A stretch of DNA of 59,439 nucleotides from a virus (lineage: Duplodnaviria > Caudoviricetes), in IMG/VR virus record IMGVR_UViG_3300037459_000125, positions 1 to 59,439 of that record; one strand, written 5' to 3'. The notes below the pieces were generated by a model. The model was not told where the DNA came from. It did no database searches and saw only the letters and a program-made list of their open reading frames with translations. The position numbers were made by a program, and so were the translations under genes. Positions 57,619 to 59,439 of the stretch are shown piece by piece. Position 1 is the first letter of the stretch; each line of letters starts with the position of its first letter.

Positions 57619-59244
57619 TTAGACCAGTGCCCGCTCGGGGACTTCAAGTCCTGCGATCCCATACCAAGTACCTCCCTTCCCATTAGGGTAAACTTGCAAA
57701 CTCCCAGTATCCAAGAGATCCTTTATGATCTCATGTCTCTTCTTCAACTCCCACTTCCGGAACCTCTGAGCATAGGTCCGCTTCGTGCTCCACCCTCCCT
57801 GAGAATTTAGCCAACCCAGCACCTCCCGACACTTTAAGGCGTCGTCAGTCTCATTGGCCTGAGCCATGAACAACGGTATGAACTCAAGCTCAGCCTCGAC
57901 GATGCCGATAGCCTGTTTCATAGTGGCGGTCTGGATGTAGGGGAGGTCTTCACCCTCGGAGATGGCGAGGATCGAGGCGAGGCGGAGGATGTGAATGCAG
58001 CGGCGGTCTAGGGTATGTTTCTCGGCCTCTGTCAGATCCCGGGGAATCTTACCGGCCTCCCGCATCCACCATCCGTGGAAGAACTCGTCGCACTCCTCAG
58101 TGATCCGCATCACCTTCGGGCGGTCCAAGCTGTAGCATAGAAAGATCAGTTCCTCCGCCAACCTCTCGGCCTGGAGGGGATCTAGGATGGGGATCCGAAG
58201 GAAGGAATACTTACGGTTGGACGGGGGTCGGTAGATGAAATTCACCCGCTCGATGAACCCACCTTCCTTGGCGTCGGAGCTGATGGTGTTCCGCATCCAT
58301 CCCGGCTGGGTGCAAGCTAGGATACTGAAGGCCATCCTCCAAATATCCTCCTGCCCACCGGTCTTGGTGGACTTGTGGTACTCGGCACCGAAGCCTAGCT
58401 GGGTAAGGAGGGGGATCATCAGGCCCGCTCCGAACTTGGCCGAGCCTGCGGTGTTGGACAGCTCATCCGAGAACATGATCGCTACGGCCTCTCCGTCCTT
58501 GGGTTGCTCGACCATGTTCCCCGGGGGGAGGACGGACCGGGGCTTCGCGGAGAGGACGGAGAGTTGTTTAGTCAAGTCCTGGGGGGTGATGTCACTGGCG
58601 ATGAAGGGGATCTTGAAGGCATCGGTGTTGGGCTTGGACAGGACTCCCGTGGTTTCCATGTCATCAAACCTCCGGTTCATCCGAGTAAGGACATCTTGGG
58701 CAACTTCCATTGCGACTGTCTTACCGTTTCCCTTCGGGCCCGCGAGGACTATGAATTGGCTTAGCCAGATTCGGGCGACGTTGTTATCTACGTAGTAGTT
58801 TCGTCGGATCGCGGCTCCCAGGATAGAAGCCCCGGCCCAGAAGTGGAGAGCCAACGGTACTTTGTTCCATCGTGCATACTCAAGGTAACGTCCCAACCAA
58901 CCGCTAGACGGATAGATGTCTTCTCCAGGATCACAGACGTATCCCGCATAGTCGCTTGTTCTGACTCGGAGCGCCCTTTGAACATCTTCTCCGCTCGGTA
59001 GGTTAAGTATTCTTCTAAGGCACTGTTGTGGGTTCTGGTTCTCTCTCGTCCTCGGGAAAAGAAGCGCATACCTTTGAAGAAGGAGCCCTTGGTCCTCTTT
59101 TGATAACTCTTTCCATCCGTGTCGGAGTTCATTGGCCAGTTCCTCCTGTGCGTAGTCGTCCCGGTCGAAACTCTCTTGATCCCTACTGATCTGAATTGCA
59201 CGCTGTTCGAGTTCAGCGTTGGAGCTTAGTCCAGTGGACTCCAC
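57619..59244 (-). CDS. DUF3987-like P-loop helicase
   Basis: GWLGRY..P..HFW, LAGPKGNGKT, FSDEL, ILACTQP, GGFIER; start overlaps the polA stop. Confidence 0.82.
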   Translation of the reverse strand: MESTGLSSNAELEQRAIQISRDQESFDRDDYAQEELANELRHGWKELSKEDQGLLLQRYALLFPRTRENQNPQQCLRRILNLPSGEDVQRALRVRTSDYAGYVCDPGEDIYPSSGWLGRYLEYARWNKVPLALHFWAGASILGAAIRRNYYVDNNVARIWLSQFIVLAGPKGNGKTVAMEVAQDVLTRMNRRFDDMETTGVLSKPNTDAFKIPFIASDITPQDLTKQLSVLSAKPRSVLPPGNMVEQPKDGEAVAIMFSDELSNTAGSAKFGAGLMIPLLTQLGFGAEYHKSTKTGGQEDIWRMAFSILACTQPGWMRNTISSDAKEGGFIERVNFIYRPPSNRKYSFLRIPILDPLQAERLAEELIFLCYSLDRPKVMRITEECDEFFHGWWMREAGKIPRDLTEAEKHTLDRRCIHILRLASILAISEGEDLPYIQTATMKQAIGIVEAELEFIPLFMAQANETDDALKCREVLGWLNSQGGWSTKRTYAQRFRKWELKKRHEIIKDLLDTGSLQVYPNGKGGTWYGIAGLEVPERALV

Positions 59245-59439
59245 TTCTTGAGGCTCCCCCAGTTCTTGCCGGTCTCGATGTCGGCAGGAATTGACACCCC
59301 ATTCAGGCCATCGATGGGTGCTTCCATTACAGCCCGTACCTTCTCAGCCCAATGGTCAACGAGGAGATCGGGGACCTCCAGTAGAAAACTGTCGTGCATT
59401 TGAAGGATAATTGGACAGTTTAGCAGGTCCAGCTCCCCC
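59226..59439 (-). CDS. polA: C-terminal end of the family A DNA polymerase
   Basis: ...QMHDSFLLEVP...IPADIETGKNWGSLKKWSPLD*; in frame with 1..1332 after collapsing the repeat (1419 nt in total). Confidence 0.93.
   Translation of the reverse strand, partial: GELDLLNCPIILQMHDSFLLEVPDLLVDHWAEKVRAVMEAPIDGLNGVSIPADIETGKNWGSLKKWSPLD
59313..59439. repeat. Terminal direct repeat, copy 2
   Basis: Identical to 1..127. Confidence 0.95.

Noticed and set aside
56571-57683. 370-aa minus-strand ORF with three HTSP repeats (GGGGAGGTATGG at 57292, 57406, 57550)
   Set aside because: Most of it is antisense to the ATP-grasp gene; only the first ~120 codons are plausible and no function can be supported.
59313-59439. 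Biological terminal repeat
   Set aside because: It is exactly 127 bp, a common assembler k-mer length, and falls mid-polA; best read as a circularisation overlap.
1-59439. Alternative genetic code; temperate lifestyle; apparent CTAG abundance
   Set aside because: ORFs tile well in code 11 using all three stops; no integrase was recognised; the CTAG impression cannot be quantified without computation.

Overview
The window is an apparently complete ~59.3 kb circular(ised) dsDNA tailed-phage genome; its first 127 bp repeat its last 127 bp. It has a podovirus-like virion module and a diderm host, judged from an overlapping spanin pair. The leftward arm (about 17.4 kb down through the origin to 57.6 kb) holds small early genes, a PD-(D/E)XK nuclease, a Sak4-like ATPase, an SSB-like protein, GroES, an XRE HTH, a DUF3987-like helicase, and a UDG-exonuclease-PolA replicase broken inside its domains into three ORFs. 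The rightward arm holds a DEDD exonuclease, terminase, portal, scaffold, capsid, appendage genes, lysis genes, nozzle, ejection proteins, an M15 endolysin and a PurD-like ATP-grasp protein. Two tRNAs and several structured non-coding elements are present. The main signal: eight fibre/appendage genes in the virion operon start with Sec-type signal peptides, and each mature chain has an even number of cysteines. Core head, nozzle and ejection proteins lack signal peptides and are cysteine-poor. This suggests virion appendages are exported, disulfide-bonded outside the cytoplasm and joined to the particle afterwards. All calls come from reading motifs by eye; no searches were run.
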